The notes under the pieces are model-generated. The model saw only the letters and a list, made by a program, of their open reading frames with translations. It was not told the DNA's origin and ran no database searches. The position numbers and the translations under genes were made by a program. Source: an uncultured Planctomycetota bacterium (GTDB lineage: Bacteria; Planctomycetota; Planctomycetia; Isosphaerales; Isosphaeraceae). From it: a stretch of 64,000 nt of DNA. Positions 1 through 10,214 of this stretch are shown here, in pieces (position 1 is the first letter of the stretch; every line of letters starts with the position of its first letter). The stretch is from positions 928,001 to 992,000 of the forward strand of contig CAWGMQ010000011.1 of assembly GCA_963823665.1 (NCBI GenBank), given 5' to 3'.

Positions 1-350
1 GTACCCGATCGGCGCAGGCTGGTGAGATGGTCGACAACCCCTTCGAAGAGCCTTGGCCGCACATATTCGGCGAAGTTTTCATAAGCGATGCGCTCGAGCT
101 CGACCAAGGGAATCCGGGAGATGTATTTGAGGCCGATCGCGATCAATCGCCCGTAATCAAGCCGGCCGAATCGGTGCTGGAGCCCGTGGTACAGGCCCCG
201 AAGGAAGAAAGAGCGGCGGATCCAGCCGCGGCGATAGAGGATTCGCGCGAACAAGAACGTGGTCGTCTGGGCGAGCAGTGTGCCATCGACATCCACGAAG
301 GCCACCGCCGGCGGTCGCTCGAAGTCGGGCCAGGGAGACGGCGTCGTCAT
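1..350 (-). CDS. HAD-IB family hydrolase/phosphatase (runs off window edge)
   Basis: Manual translation MTTPSPWPDFERPPAVAFVDVDGTLLAQTT contains HAD motif I (DxDGT); its ATG overlaps the stop of the upstream mutase. Confidence 0.8.
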   Translation of the reverse strand, partial: MTTPSPWPDFERPPAVAFVDVDGTLLAQTTTFLFARILYRRGWIRRSFFLRGLYHGLQHRFGRLDYGRLIAIGLKYISRIPLVELERIAYENFAEYVRPRLFEGVVDHLTSLRRSG

Positions 351-1745
351 GGCGGCCCCTCCGCGCCTGAGGTGACGAATCGCCCGACATGGGCCGCGAG
401 CTCGCGCGCTTTTCGAGCGTCGGCGGCCTCGGCAATCACCCGCACAATCGGCTCGGTGTTGCTGGCGCGCACGTGAACCCATCGGTCTTCCCACTCGAGG
501 CGAAGCCCGTCGCGGCGATCGGCCCGGGCATCGGGCCATTCGTCCGCGATCCGGTCCCAGAGCGCGGAGATGGCGGCCGCCCCGCGGGGTGCAGCCGCCG
601 TTGGCCTCGGCGGCGAGCGGAAATTGCTCCTTGACCATCGCGTAGCGCGGCAAGCCGGCAACGAGGCTCGAGGGCGGCTGATCGGTGGCTGCCATCAAGT
701 CGAGCACCATCGCCATACCCACGAAACTGTCGCGCACGTAGCCCACTCGCGGATCGATGACTCCGCCGTTTCCTTCGCCGCCCAAGAGCGCGCTCACGTC
801 AACCATCCGCTGCACCACGTTGATCTCTCCCACCGGCGTTCGGAAGACGGCGCAGCCGGCCGCGCGGGCCAGCATCTCGGTGACCCTCGAGGTCGAGAGG
901 TTCAAGATCACCGGGCCTTTATCTTGCGCGAGGCGGCGCGTTGCCGCGAGCGCCAGCGTCAGCTCTTCGCCGATGTAGCGGCCCTTTTCGTCAATGATCG
1001 CCAAGCGGTCGGCGTCCGGGTCGAGTGCGAAGCCGACCGAGCCCTCCACCGCGGGCACGATCGCCCCGAATTCGTGCAGGTTCACCTCGGTGGGCTCCGG
1101 CGCGTGGTCGTAGCGCCCGTCGGGTGCTCCGCCCAACAACAGGACGCGGCATCCAAGAGCCTCGAGGAGCGATCTTCCCAACCGCCCGCCCGCACCGTGG
1201 CAAGCGTCCAGCACGACCTTGAAGCCGCGATTCTTGATCGCGGCGCAATCGACGATCGAGAGCACCGCCGCCAGATGCCCGCGATCGGGGTCTTCGATCA
1301 CGCGCCGGCGGCCCAGCGCTTCCCAGCCGGCCCAGCGAAACTCGCGCTTCTGCCAGCGGTCGAGCATCGCCTGGCCCTGCGGAGAGCTCAGCACCATGCC
1401 CGCCGGCTGAAAGAACTTGAGTCCGTTGTACTGCGCCGGATTGTGCGAAGCCGAAATCTGAATGCCCCCGGCGGCCTCCCGCTCACGGACCAGCCAGCCG
1501 ATCGTGGGCGTGGCGGCCGGCCCGGCGCAGAGGACATCGTGCCCCGTCGCCATCACGCTCGACTCGACGGCGGCCGAGAAAACGGCGGACGAGACTCGCC
1601 CATCATGGCCGAGCACGATCGGCCCCGCCTCGCAGCCGCCGGCGTATGCCGCCGCAAACTCGACCGCAACCGACGGATCGAGCCCGTCGCCGACCACACC
1701 TCGCAGACCCGAGATGCTGGCGATCCTGGTTCCAGATCCAGCCAA
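347..1745 (-). CDS. Phosphohexomutase (phosphomannomutase/phosphoglucosamine mutase family), one frameshift near 650
   Basis: N-term RIASISGLRG, ISASHNP phosphoserine loop, DPDADR metal loop, C-term DGLRLEWEDRWVHVRASNTEPIVRVIAEA; TTG start with GGGAG upstream. Confidence 0.85.
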
Positions 1746-1912
1746 CTCCCTACTCCCTTGGGGAGCTCCCCCCGCACGAGCTTCTCGTCACTCCGCCCCA
1801 CGCACGCCCCTTGGTAGTCTTCCTCCCCTTAAATTAGAGTAGTTACGCATTCTTTGGAAGTAGGCAGTTCAATCGAGCACCAGGCGTCGGGTCAATCGCG
1901 GCCTTGACATCG

Positions 1913-1943
1913 ATAACACTGTTAACTAAGATAACGGCGTTCA
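1913..1943. promoter_or_regulatory. Probable TetR autoregulatory operator pair
   Basis: Two adjacent imperfect palindromes, TAACactGTTA and TAACggcGTT, about 20-45 bp upstream of the TetR ATG in the divergent intergenic region. Confidence 0.55.
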
Positions 1944-1960
1944 TGAAGGGAGCGTTGGGG

Positions 1961-2620
1961 ATGAAGTCGGCGACGAGGAGGAAGCAGCAACAAGACGAGC
2001 TTCGCGCGAAGATACTCGATGCGGCACGCGAGTTATTCGTGGCGCACGGGGTGGAGGCGGTCACCATGAGGAAGGTCGCGGACAAGATCGGGTACACGGC
2101 CACCACGCTGTACAACCACTTCGAAGACAAGGACGCGCTGTTGCGCGCGCTGTGCGACGCCGATTTCGGCGCGCTGCACGACTCATTCAGCCATATCGGC
2201 CGAATCGCCGACCCGATCGAGCGGCTGCGCAAGCTCGGCCAGGCCTACATCGCGTTTGCACTCGAGTATCCCAGCCACTACCGCTTCATGTTCATGACGC
2301 CGCATCCGCACCGTAATAAAGACGAGTGCGAAGAGAGCGGACAGGGCGACCCGGATCAGGACGCGTATGCATTCGTGCGCGCGACTCTGGTCGAAGCATT
2401 CGCGGCCGGGCTGTTTCGGGACGATTACCAGGATCCGGACTTGCTTTCGCAGGTATTCTGGAGCGGCGTGCACGGCGTGGCGGCCTTGCATCTGATCATG
2501 GGCGACGACGGCTGGGTGCAGTGGCGACCGGTCGAAGAGGTTGCACGAACGGCCATCGAGCTGATCATTCGCGGCCTGGTTCGTAACGGTCGCGGCCACA
2601 AGGGGAAGAACGGTGGGTGA
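1961..2620 (+). CDS. TetR/AcrR family transcriptional regulator (WHG-like C-terminus)
   Basis: ILDAARELF...VTMRKVADKIGYTATTLYNHFEDK helix-turn-helix; FWSGVHGV. Confidence 0.92.
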   Translation: MKSATRRKQQQDELRAKILDAARELFVAHGVEAVTMRKVADKIGYTATTLYNHFEDKDALLRALCDADFGALHDSFSHIGRIADPIERLRKLGQAYIAFALEYPSHYRFMFMTPHPHRNKDECEESGQGDPDQDAYAFVRATLVEAFAAGLFRDDYQDPDLLSQVFWSGVHGVAALHLIMGDDGWVQWRPVEEVARTAIELIIRGLVRNGRGHKGKNGG

Positions 2621-3000
2621 ACTCTGAGCGCGAACCAAAGGGCCCCTGGAAATGTCCGGGGGCTACCACAAATGCACGATCATGCGACCCGGGCGGGCGG
2701 CACCGGAGAGTGCGGTGCTCCACGCACGGGCCAATCGCCGTCCCGGCAACGCGAAAAGCCATTTAGACCGGTTCAAGCTCGACAATAAATCGCTCGAGAT
2801 TTCTGCCGCTAACGCCGACCTTCGTCCGACAAGGCACAGTGATGTTCTTGCTTATAAAGTGAGGTTATGAACACATTTTGCAGAGCTATAGAGATGCTGA
2901 TCAATAATCTCTGCTGAGTGTCGAAGAAGAGATAACGGGCATCGATCCGGTTGTAGCCCGGGTTAGCCGGCGGCAGTCCTCTGTACGAGAAGGAATCGCC

Positions 3001-4083
3001 ATGTTTGCAATCTCGACTGCGTCGCAGGGTGGTCGAACATCGGGTGGAGTGTGGCGAGGGCGCGTCGAGCGGCGGCACGTGGTCCGGGTGGCGTTCCTCA
3101 CGTGGCCATTGATCCTTTGCTTGATGGCGACGGTTGCCGCGGCGGCGTGTTTGATCGGCGATTGCCCCATTGGCGCCTCGATCAAGGCCAGGGAGAAGCT
3201 CGTGGGGCACACCGGAACCGTGGCGTCTGTCGCATTTTGCGCCGGCGGTGAGCTGCTTTCCTCGGTTGGTATGGACGGGTCGATCGTGATCTGGGGCCCG
3301 ACCGGGTGCATCGAGCATCCGTTCTTGCCGGACGGGCCCGGGCAGGTTCGCGCGGCGGCATTCAGCTTTGATAACCGCGTTCTGGCGACCGGCAACCTGA
3401 ATGAGCCCGTGGCGCTGCACGACATCGTGGGCCGCACGTCGCGTGGTCTCGACGATCGCGCGGAGTCGACCATCGCCGCGGCCTGCGTGGCATTTGCTCC
3501 CGATGGTGCCATCCTGGCCGTGGGTCAGCAGGACGGTCGGATTTCGCTGTGGGATGCCCGGACAACGTGCCAGTGCGGAGCGCTCGAGGGGCACGCCGAT
3601 TTCGTCACCGCACTGGCGTTTTCGCGGGATGGGACCACTTTGGTTTCTTCTTCCGGCGACCGCACTGTGCGAGTCTGGAACGTGACAAACGGGCGCGAGC
3701 GGTTGTCGATTCCAGGCGGGGATCGCACGTTCGGCACTCTATCGGTCTCGCCGGATGGCCGGTTTCTGGCGCTCGGCGACCGAGTAAGCCCCGTGGTTCG
3801 ACTCTGGGACTTGACGAGCGGACAGGAGAACGACTCGCTGTTTGGCGCCAAAGGAGCAGTCGTGGCGCTGGCCGTCAGCCCGGATGGTACGACACTCGCG
3901 GCAGCCGACTTGCAGGGGTTCGTGACCTTCTGGGACGTCCCTTCACGCACGATCGGACCGAAACGCCTCAAGCACAGCGGAGTTCACACCCTCGCCTTCG
4001 CACCTGACGGCCACGCTCTGGCAACGGGCGGATTCGACGGTACGATTCACATCTGGGACTTTCCCCTCACGTCCGTGGAATGA
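3001..4083 (+). CDS. WD40 repeat protein with N-terminal hydrophobic segment
   Basis: Repeated GH...VAFxPDG...GxDGxIxIWD units. Confidence 0.88.
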   Translation: MFAISTASQGGRTSGGVWRGRVERRHVVRVAFLTWPLILCLMATVAAAACLIGDCPIGASIKAREKLVGHTGTVASVAFCAGGELLSSVGMDGSIVIWGPTGCIEHPFLPDGPGQVRAAAFSFDNRVLATGNLNEPVALHDIVGRTSRGLDDRAESTIAAACVAFAPDGAILAVGQQDGRISLWDARTTCQCGALEGHADFVTALAFSRDGTTLVSSSGDRTVRVWNVTNGRERLSIPGGDRTFGTLSVSPDGRFLALGDRVSPVVRLWDLTSGQENDSLFGAKGAVVALAVSPDGTTLAAADLQGFVTFWDVPSRTIGPKRLKHSGVHTLAFAPDGHALATGGFDGTIHIWDFPLTSVE

Positions 4084-4134
4084 ACGGGACGGACGCCGGG
4101 CCCTCGAATGCCCGGGAATAGATCGCATGCCGCG

Positions 4135-4362
4135 TCAGCCGCGATCGAATCGAGTCAGGATTGCTTCGATGCTCTCGGTGTGTACCGTCAGCAGATCATT
4201 TCGAGAGGCCTGCCTCGCTCGCGTGAAATCTCGACTCCGTCGCAGCCCGCGCGCGATCAGTGCGTCATGGATGCGACGATACTTCCGGCTGTCGAAGGGA
4301 TGCAACCGCTCCAGCCCAAACGCCGTGATGTTGTAAGCCGGATGGTAGACGATGGGGATCAT
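4135..4362 (-). pseudogene. N-terminal fragment of a histone deacetylase family protein (HDAC11/class IV-like)
   Basis: MIPIVYHPAYNITAFGLERLHPFDSRKY...DLLTVHT resembles the HDAC11-type N-terminus; ends after 75 aa with no catalytic motifs. Confidence 0.7.
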
Positions 4363-4443
4363 GGATCGTGAACACTCATGAGTGCAAACCAAGTGCACGC
4401 GAAAGACCGTAACGGAACACCGACAGGGTTTTTTCTTTTTTCT

Positions 4444-4470
4444 TGTCCCCGGCGCCAAATCTCGTTCGTC
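4444..4470 (+). promoter_or_regulatory. Candidate ECF42-type promoter
   Basis: TGTC...CGTC (tgtccccggcgccaaatctcgttcgtc) after a T-tract, about 100 bp upstream of the YciI-ECF operon; resembles the ECF42 -35 TGTCGA / -10 CG(A/T)C pattern. Confidence 0.45.
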
Positions 4471-4567
4471 ATGCAGGCAGAACGCCGGTTGCATCGGGCA
4501 ACCTGCTTCACGCAGCCCAACACGCGAACTATCAAGTAACGTTTTCGCTCATGAAAGGAGCCTGTCG

Positions 4568-4912
4568 ATGGCCAATTTCCTGTTTGTGTACCGCGGCAAT
4601 CCCGAGGCGGACGCCAAGATGACGCCCGACGAGATGCAGAAGGTCATGCAGAAATGGACCGATTGGATCGGCGAGGGATTCGCGAAGGGCTGGCTCGTTA
4701 ACGCCGGCGACGCCCTCACGATGGAAGGAAAGGTCGTGCACTCAAACAAGGTCGTTACCGACGGACCGTTCGTTGAATCCAAGGAGATCGTCGGCGGATA
4801 CTCGATTGTGCAGGCGGACACGATTGAAGGTGCAGCCGAGCTGGCCAAGGGTTGTCCCGGGCTCTTGAATGGCGGTAAAGTCGAGGTTCGCGCTCTCGCC
4901 GGGCTCGCGTAG
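4568..4912 (+). CDS. YciI/DGPF family protein
   Basis: TDGPFVESKEIVGGYSIV motif; AAGGAG ribosome binding site. Confidence 0.9.
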   Translation: MANFLFVYRGNPEADAKMTPDEMQKVMQKWTDWIGEGFAKGWLVNAGDALTMEGKVVHSNKVVTDGPFVESKEIVGGYSIVQADTIEGAAELAKGCPGLLNGGKVEVRALAGLA

Positions 4913-4960
4913 CCCGACGGCTTTTACTTGCCTCGGCTTCACGCAAATTGCGACCAGACC

Positions 4961-6226
4961 ATGACCACCGAACAGCCGGGACCGGTCGCTCCGCTCGTGG
5001 AGCACTTTTTCCGCCGCGAGGCGGGGCGGCTGGTCTCCATTCTCACGCGATTTTTCGGGTGGCGCAACTTCGATCTGGTGGAGGAAATGGTCCAGGCTAC
5101 GCTGGTCGACGCCTTGCAGTCATGGCGCGCGCAGGGGATACCGGAAAACCCCTCGGCCTGGGTTCACCGGGTTGCAAAGAACAAGGTTCTCGATTCGCTG
5201 AGGCGCACCGAGATCCAGCGGCGCGTGACGCGGGAATGGGCCGCCAATCGGCCCGCGTCGCGCGACGGGATCGACGACCTCTTCCTCGACACCGCGATCG
5301 AAGATAGCCAGCTCCGCATGATCTTCGCCTGTTGCCATCCGTCGCTCTCTCGTGAAAATCAGATTGCCCTGACACTCAAGAGCCTTTGCGGGTTTGGCGT
5401 CTCCGAGATCGCTCGAGCGCCTCTTGTCGGGGAAGAAACCGTCAAGAAGCGGCTTCAGCGCGCCACGCTTCTTCTGGTCGAAGAGCACGTGCGCCTCGAG
5501 CCTCCCGAGCGCAGCCACTTGATCGAGCGGCTCGGCGTGGTGCACCAGGTCCTGTACTTGATCTTCAATGAAGGCTATAGCTGCTCCAAAGGCGAAGCAG
5601 CCATCCGCACCGATCTCTGCGAGGATGCTGCGCACCTTTGCTTCATGCTGTGCTCGCATCCTGATTTCAGCACGCCAACGACGCGCGCGCTCATGGCCCT
5701 TTTCCTCTTTCACGCCGCCCGCCTGGACGCCCGCATCGACGATCGCGGCTTCATTCTGCTCATGAAGGATCAGGACCGCAGCAAGTGGGACCACCGCTTG
5801 ATTCGCCGCGCGGAGCAGTTCCTCGACGACTCGGCCGAAGGGACGACGATCTCCCCCTACCACCTCGAGGCGGGGATCGCGTTTCATCACTGTACGGCCC
5901 AGAGTTATGACGATACGAACTGGCCGGAGATCCTCTTCCTCTACGACAAGCTGATTGCGATTGCGCCTTCGCCGGTTTACATGCTGAACCGGGCAATTGT
6001 CGTGGCGGAAATCGATGGTCCGCCCGCGGGGATCCGCGCCCTTCGAGAAGCCGGCAAAGATCAGTCGCTCAAGAATTATCACCTCTTCGACGCCACACTC
6101 GGCGAGTTCTATCGCCGCGCGGGTGATTACAAACGAGCCAGGCAGTACTATGAGGCGGCCAAGGAGAAGACTCGTTCTCCGTACGACCGCGCCATCATCG
6201 ACGCCCGGTTGGCGGGGTGTTCCTGA
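4961..6226 (+). CDS. ECF sigma factor with C-terminal TPR-like extension (ECF42-like)
   Basis: Sigma2/sigma4 followed by DSQLRMIFACCHP, YLIFNEGY and QDRSKWD; adjacent to a DGPF gene. Confidence 0.88.
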   Translation: MTTEQPGPVAPLVEHFFRREAGRLVSILTRFFGWRNFDLVEEMVQATLVDALQSWRAQGIPENPSAWVHRVAKNKVLDSLRRTEIQRRVTREWAANRPASRDGIDDLFLDTAIEDSQLRMIFACCHPSLSRENQIALTLKSLCGFGVSEIARAPLVGEETVKKRLQRATLLLVEEHVRLEPPERSHLIERLGVVHQVLYLIFNEGYSCSKGEAAIRTDLCEDAAHLCFMLCSHPDFSTPTTRALMALFLFHAARLDARIDDRGFILLMKDQDRSKWDHRLIRRAEQFLDDSAEGTTISPYHLEAGIAFHHCTAQSYDDTNWPEILFLYDKLIAIAPSPVYMLNRAIVVAEIDGPPAGIRALREAGKDQSLKNYHLFDATLGEFYRRAGDYKRARQYYEAAKEKTRSPYDRAIIDARLAGCS

Positions 6227-6250
6227 AGAGGCACGCTGTGGTCGTGGGCC

Positions 6251-8296
6251 CTATCCGGCACTCACTCCGTGGCGCTTCAGTGCCTCGAACAGCGGGCCGA
6301 GGTGGGGCTCGTATTTGCGCCAGATGCCGGCGGATTGGGTATAAACAGGCTGGCGCACCTGCACGAGGCTGGGCGTGCGCACGACGCGCCGGTTCAAATG
6401 GAAGTCGAGGCAGGCTCTATTCCACTCAAGACCAAGGAATTCGATCAAGCGGCGCGACTGGGCTTCCGGGTCTGCCACGAGAAGCTCGTATTGAAGGTCA
6501 AGCCACTCGAGCGGCCGGGTGTCGCTCCAGTGCGCCACCAGGCGCTCAAAATCGGCGAAGAGCCGGGCAATGTGGTCGGGATTGCTGTTCCACGGTACCT
6601 GCGGCAGGGTCGTGCGCCAGCACGAGACGGCCACGTCGCGCAGATCTCGGCGGCAGAGAATCACGCGTGCTCCGGGCCACAAGAGCGCGATCAATCCCAG
6701 GAACTGAATATTCTCGGGATTCTTGTCGACCACGCGCAGGGCGGTGGCGGGAGCAAGTGAGCTGAGCCGGTCGAGATACTGTTGTGCTGCCGCGCGCGAA
6801 GTGGCCGGATCGAGCGCTCTCAAGGTGCTCCATGCGTCCAAGGACGGTTGCTGGGCCATTGCGGGCAACGCGTAAAAGATACGTTGTACTTCAGCCAGCT
6901 CGCCGGCACCGTGCACTTCCGGATGTGAGGCGATGATCTGCTCGGCGAGCGTCGTGCCCGATCGCGGTAGACCGACGATGAAGACCGGCCGCGGATCGGC
7001 GAAAACCCAGCCACGCCTCTGGGCAACGAAGTCGGCCGTGAATACTTGTCTGATCTGCTCGATCAAGCGAGTGTAGACATCCGGATCATACGCCAGGCTG
7101 CGCGAGGCTTTCGCGGCGGAATGAAACGCGTGAGCCTGGTCCAGACGGGCGGCTGCGAGGTCGAACCGACCGCGGTGCTCCATGGCCGCGGCCAGCGCGA
7201 ATCCCAGGAGGGCGCGGTCGTCGTTCGAGAGCGACCCGAGGGATAGAGCTCCTCCATCGTCCGGAGCTCGCCGTCGCTCACCTGGCCTTTGAGATTGGTG
7301 GCGAGCCGCCAGAAGGCCTCCGCGTGCCGGGGATCAATTGCGATTGCTGTTCGGGAAGCCTGGCAGCTCGTTTCGAGATCGCCGTGTTCAGCGTGGATCC
7401 GGGCCAGGCCACTCCAGGCGGCGGCCAGCCCCGGATCGAGCCGAACCGCTGCGCGGAACGAAGTCTCCGCCGCATCAAGCAGGCCCTGTTGCAACTGCGC
7501 CATGCCGCGGACGTGCTCAGCCTTGCCTGCGCGAGAACCTGCAAGCGCGGCGTCCGCGCCCGCTTCCAGATCTCGCGATTGGTTGCCGCCGGCTCGTGCA
7601 AAACAGGCTCGGGCCTCATCGTATCGTCCGGCGAGGCGGAGAATGTTGCCGAGGATCTTGTGAGCGCTCGTCACCTGTGGAGCCAGAGCGATTGCGCGCC
7701 GGCAGAGTTCTTCGGCCTCGCCGAGAAAGGCCGGGTCGTTGCGCTCGCAGAGGGACCAGGCGAGGTTCATCAGCGTCAAAGGATTATGCGGCTCGATACG
7801 CAGTCCCGCGCAGCGTCTCGGCGGCCTCAGCCGGTCGGCCCTGCGCGGAGAGGGCGTTTCCCAGGTTGATGTAAGCTGCGGTGAGCCGCGGCGACAGCCT
7901 GATGGCCTCGCGGCAGCAGGCCTCGGATTCGGCGAATCGACCTTCGGCGTAGGCCAGCAGCGCCAGGCTATTCCAGGCATGCGGGAGCGATCCGTCCAGC
8001 TCGGTGGCGCGGCGCAGATGCGGGCGAGCCTCATCAGGCCGGCCGGTCGATCGCAACGCTTCGCCCAGGTTGGCATGAAAGCGGGCAGATTGCGGGCAGA
8101 TTGCGACACCTCGCGCGAACAGCTCCGCAGCCTCCGTGGCCCGTCCCTGTTGAAAAACCAGAACGCCCAGGCCTTCCAGAGCTTCTGCCGTGTCGGGCCG
8201 GTCGCGGAGCACTTCTCGATAGAGTGCCTCTGCCTCGGCCACGCGCCCGCGCAACTGAAGCGACTTCGCCAGCATCGCCTTGCCGTCGTCGGTCAT
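6251..8296 (-). CDS. TPR-repeat sulfotransferase (frameshifted about twice)
   Basis: TPRs in ORFs 7784-8578 and 7063-8109; PAPS-binding motif FIVGLPRSGTTL, plus VDKNP and VRTPSLVQVRQP, in ORF 6251-7183. Confidence 0.85.
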
Positions 8297-9225
8297 TTTC
8301 GTGCACTCGGCTTCAAGAGCAGTCGCTGGTCTTGCAGCCATTTGACGCAGAGCTGCGTCCAGCTCGAGGGGAGCTTGTCGTTCTGGCGAACGCCGAAGTC
8401 GTGGTCGCCGTTTGCGAAGATGTGCAGCTCGGCCGGAACTTGGCGCGCTTGAGCGCGAGGTACATGATCGCACTGTTCTCGGGGGGCGAGCCGCCGTAAC
8501 TTGGGTTGTCGTCGGACGCGTGCGCCAGGAAAATCGGGGGCGTGCCGGCTGGTATTTCGATTCCCGGCGCAAGCTCATTCTTATCCTTGGCCTTCAAATA
8601 GCCCGAATAGCAGCCGATCGCGAAGTCGGGCCGGCAACTGACCTGATCGACGGCGTCGATCGGATCATACTTTCGCTTGGTGAAGCCGGTTGCAGTGGCC
8701 AGGGCGAGGTGCCCGCCGGCCGAGAAGCCGACCATGCCGATTCGCGTGGGATCGATACGCCACTCAGCGGCGCGGCTACGAACCAGACTCACCGCCCGCT
8801 GCGCGTCGAGCTGTGGGCCGGGTGCCGGCTCGGTGCGGACCTCGCCCGGCCGCCGAGGACAGCGGTACTTGAGGATGATCCCGGTCATCCCCACCGAGTT
8901 GAGCCAGGCGGCCACCTCTTCGCCCTCGAGCTCCCAGTAGAGATCCCAGTAACCGCCTCCGGGACAGATAATCATCGCGGTTCCGGTGTTCTTCTCGCGG
9001 GGAGGCGAGTACACCGTGATACTCGGCCTCGTCACGTTGGAGATCAGCTTGGTGGGGCCCACCAGCGGCGACTGATGAATGCGGCTGGTCTCCTGCGCCG
9101 TTGATTCCAACATCTCCCGGCACTTTTCCCGGCCAGAGCTCGATGACGAGCGGATCTGCCGCGAATGCCGGCACGGGTGTACTCAGAAAAATGCAGACAC
9201 CGAGAACGTAATGAATTGCATACAT
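8293..9225 (-). CDS. Secreted alpha/beta hydrolase (esterase, BD-FAE-like), frameshifted
   Basis: Signal peptide, CPGGGY, GFSAGG nucleophile elbow, ELHIFANGDHDFG; TGA overlaps the next ATG. Confidence 0.85.
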
Positions 9226-9445
9226 GAAAATTACTGCCTCACGCTTCGACCTGTCCGTCAGGATTGACATCTTTGGCGATCGCTAGCAAGATGACGCCCG
9301 GCATCACAGTGCGCCGTAGCTTAACAAAGTGTAACGACATTATCGAAGAGGCGTCTGGATCATGCGATGGCCGTGGTCGATAAAAGAGTTGGGATGCAAC
9401 GGATTGCGCGTTAAAATGCGCAGTGCTCGCACGATAGGAAGGCCC

Positions 9446-9823
9446 ATGCGTTCGGAAACGGGTTATCTCTCGACCTTCGTTCAGCTTTCGCTCTTGATCG
9501 CGTCGGCGATCCAGGGGCTGACGCCGGACGCGGATAACCTCGCGTCGACCAAGGCGCTTCAGGTCCTTTGCCAGATTCCCGGCGACGGCGGTTCGGCCAC
9601 CGATCAGACATTGCCATTGTGGGGCGAGGTTTGCGAAGGGCCGGGGAATCCGTCCGAGCAGGACATCGCACGAGTCCGGTGCCGGGCGGACGAGGTCGCT
9701 TCGAAATGTAACCCTGACGGCGCACCACTCGACGGATCATCGTTTGGGCGATCACTTGTGACTCGACAGCGCGGAGCTCCGCCTTGCGGGCTCACTCGAT
9801 CGCTGTGCCGCCCGCTCTGCTGA
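9446..9823 (+). CDS. Small hypothetical protein with hydrophobic N-terminus and Cys-containing C-terminus
   Basis: 125-aa ORF ending SLCRPLC; no recognised family. Confidence 0.4.
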   Translation: MRSETGYLSTFVQLSLLIASAIQGLTPDADNLASTKALQVLCQIPGDGGSATDQTLPLWGEVCEGPGNPSEQDIARVRCRADEVASKCNPDGAPLDGSSFGRSLVTRQRGAPPCGLTRSLCRPLC

Positions 9824-10214
9824 GAGACGCAGCCTTTTGAACTTGCCGCGGGAGCTCGCGGTTCTGGACGCACGCCGCACGGCATTCCACGTCTCTGGCA
9901 TGCTGGACTTGGTCGCGCTCTACTGATCGCGCGATTCGAGACAGGGGATCGCCGTAATCGCCGCACGAGAGCGCCAGAGTCTCAGCACAGAGCGAGCGCG
10001 TTCGCCGTGCTTCGGCGCAGCCGCGCTGCCGGTGCGCGAACCGGATGCATTCCGATCGCGGACCGGGTGATCTCCTGCGCCCTCAAAAACTGCGCCAAAT
10101 TCGCCGGCTTGAGCACTTGCACGCGTCGAGCGGACGTGTGCCGTTGTGCCGGTATGCCGATTTTCGGTGGCCAACTCGACTTCTGCCAATTCCTGAGGCA
10201 AGGGAGTGTGTGCT

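Noticed and set aside
570..1817. 415-aa plus-strand ORF and similar long ORFs (61530-63341, 20504-21826, 59880-60998)
   Set aside because: Antisense shadows of well-supported genes in high-GC DNA
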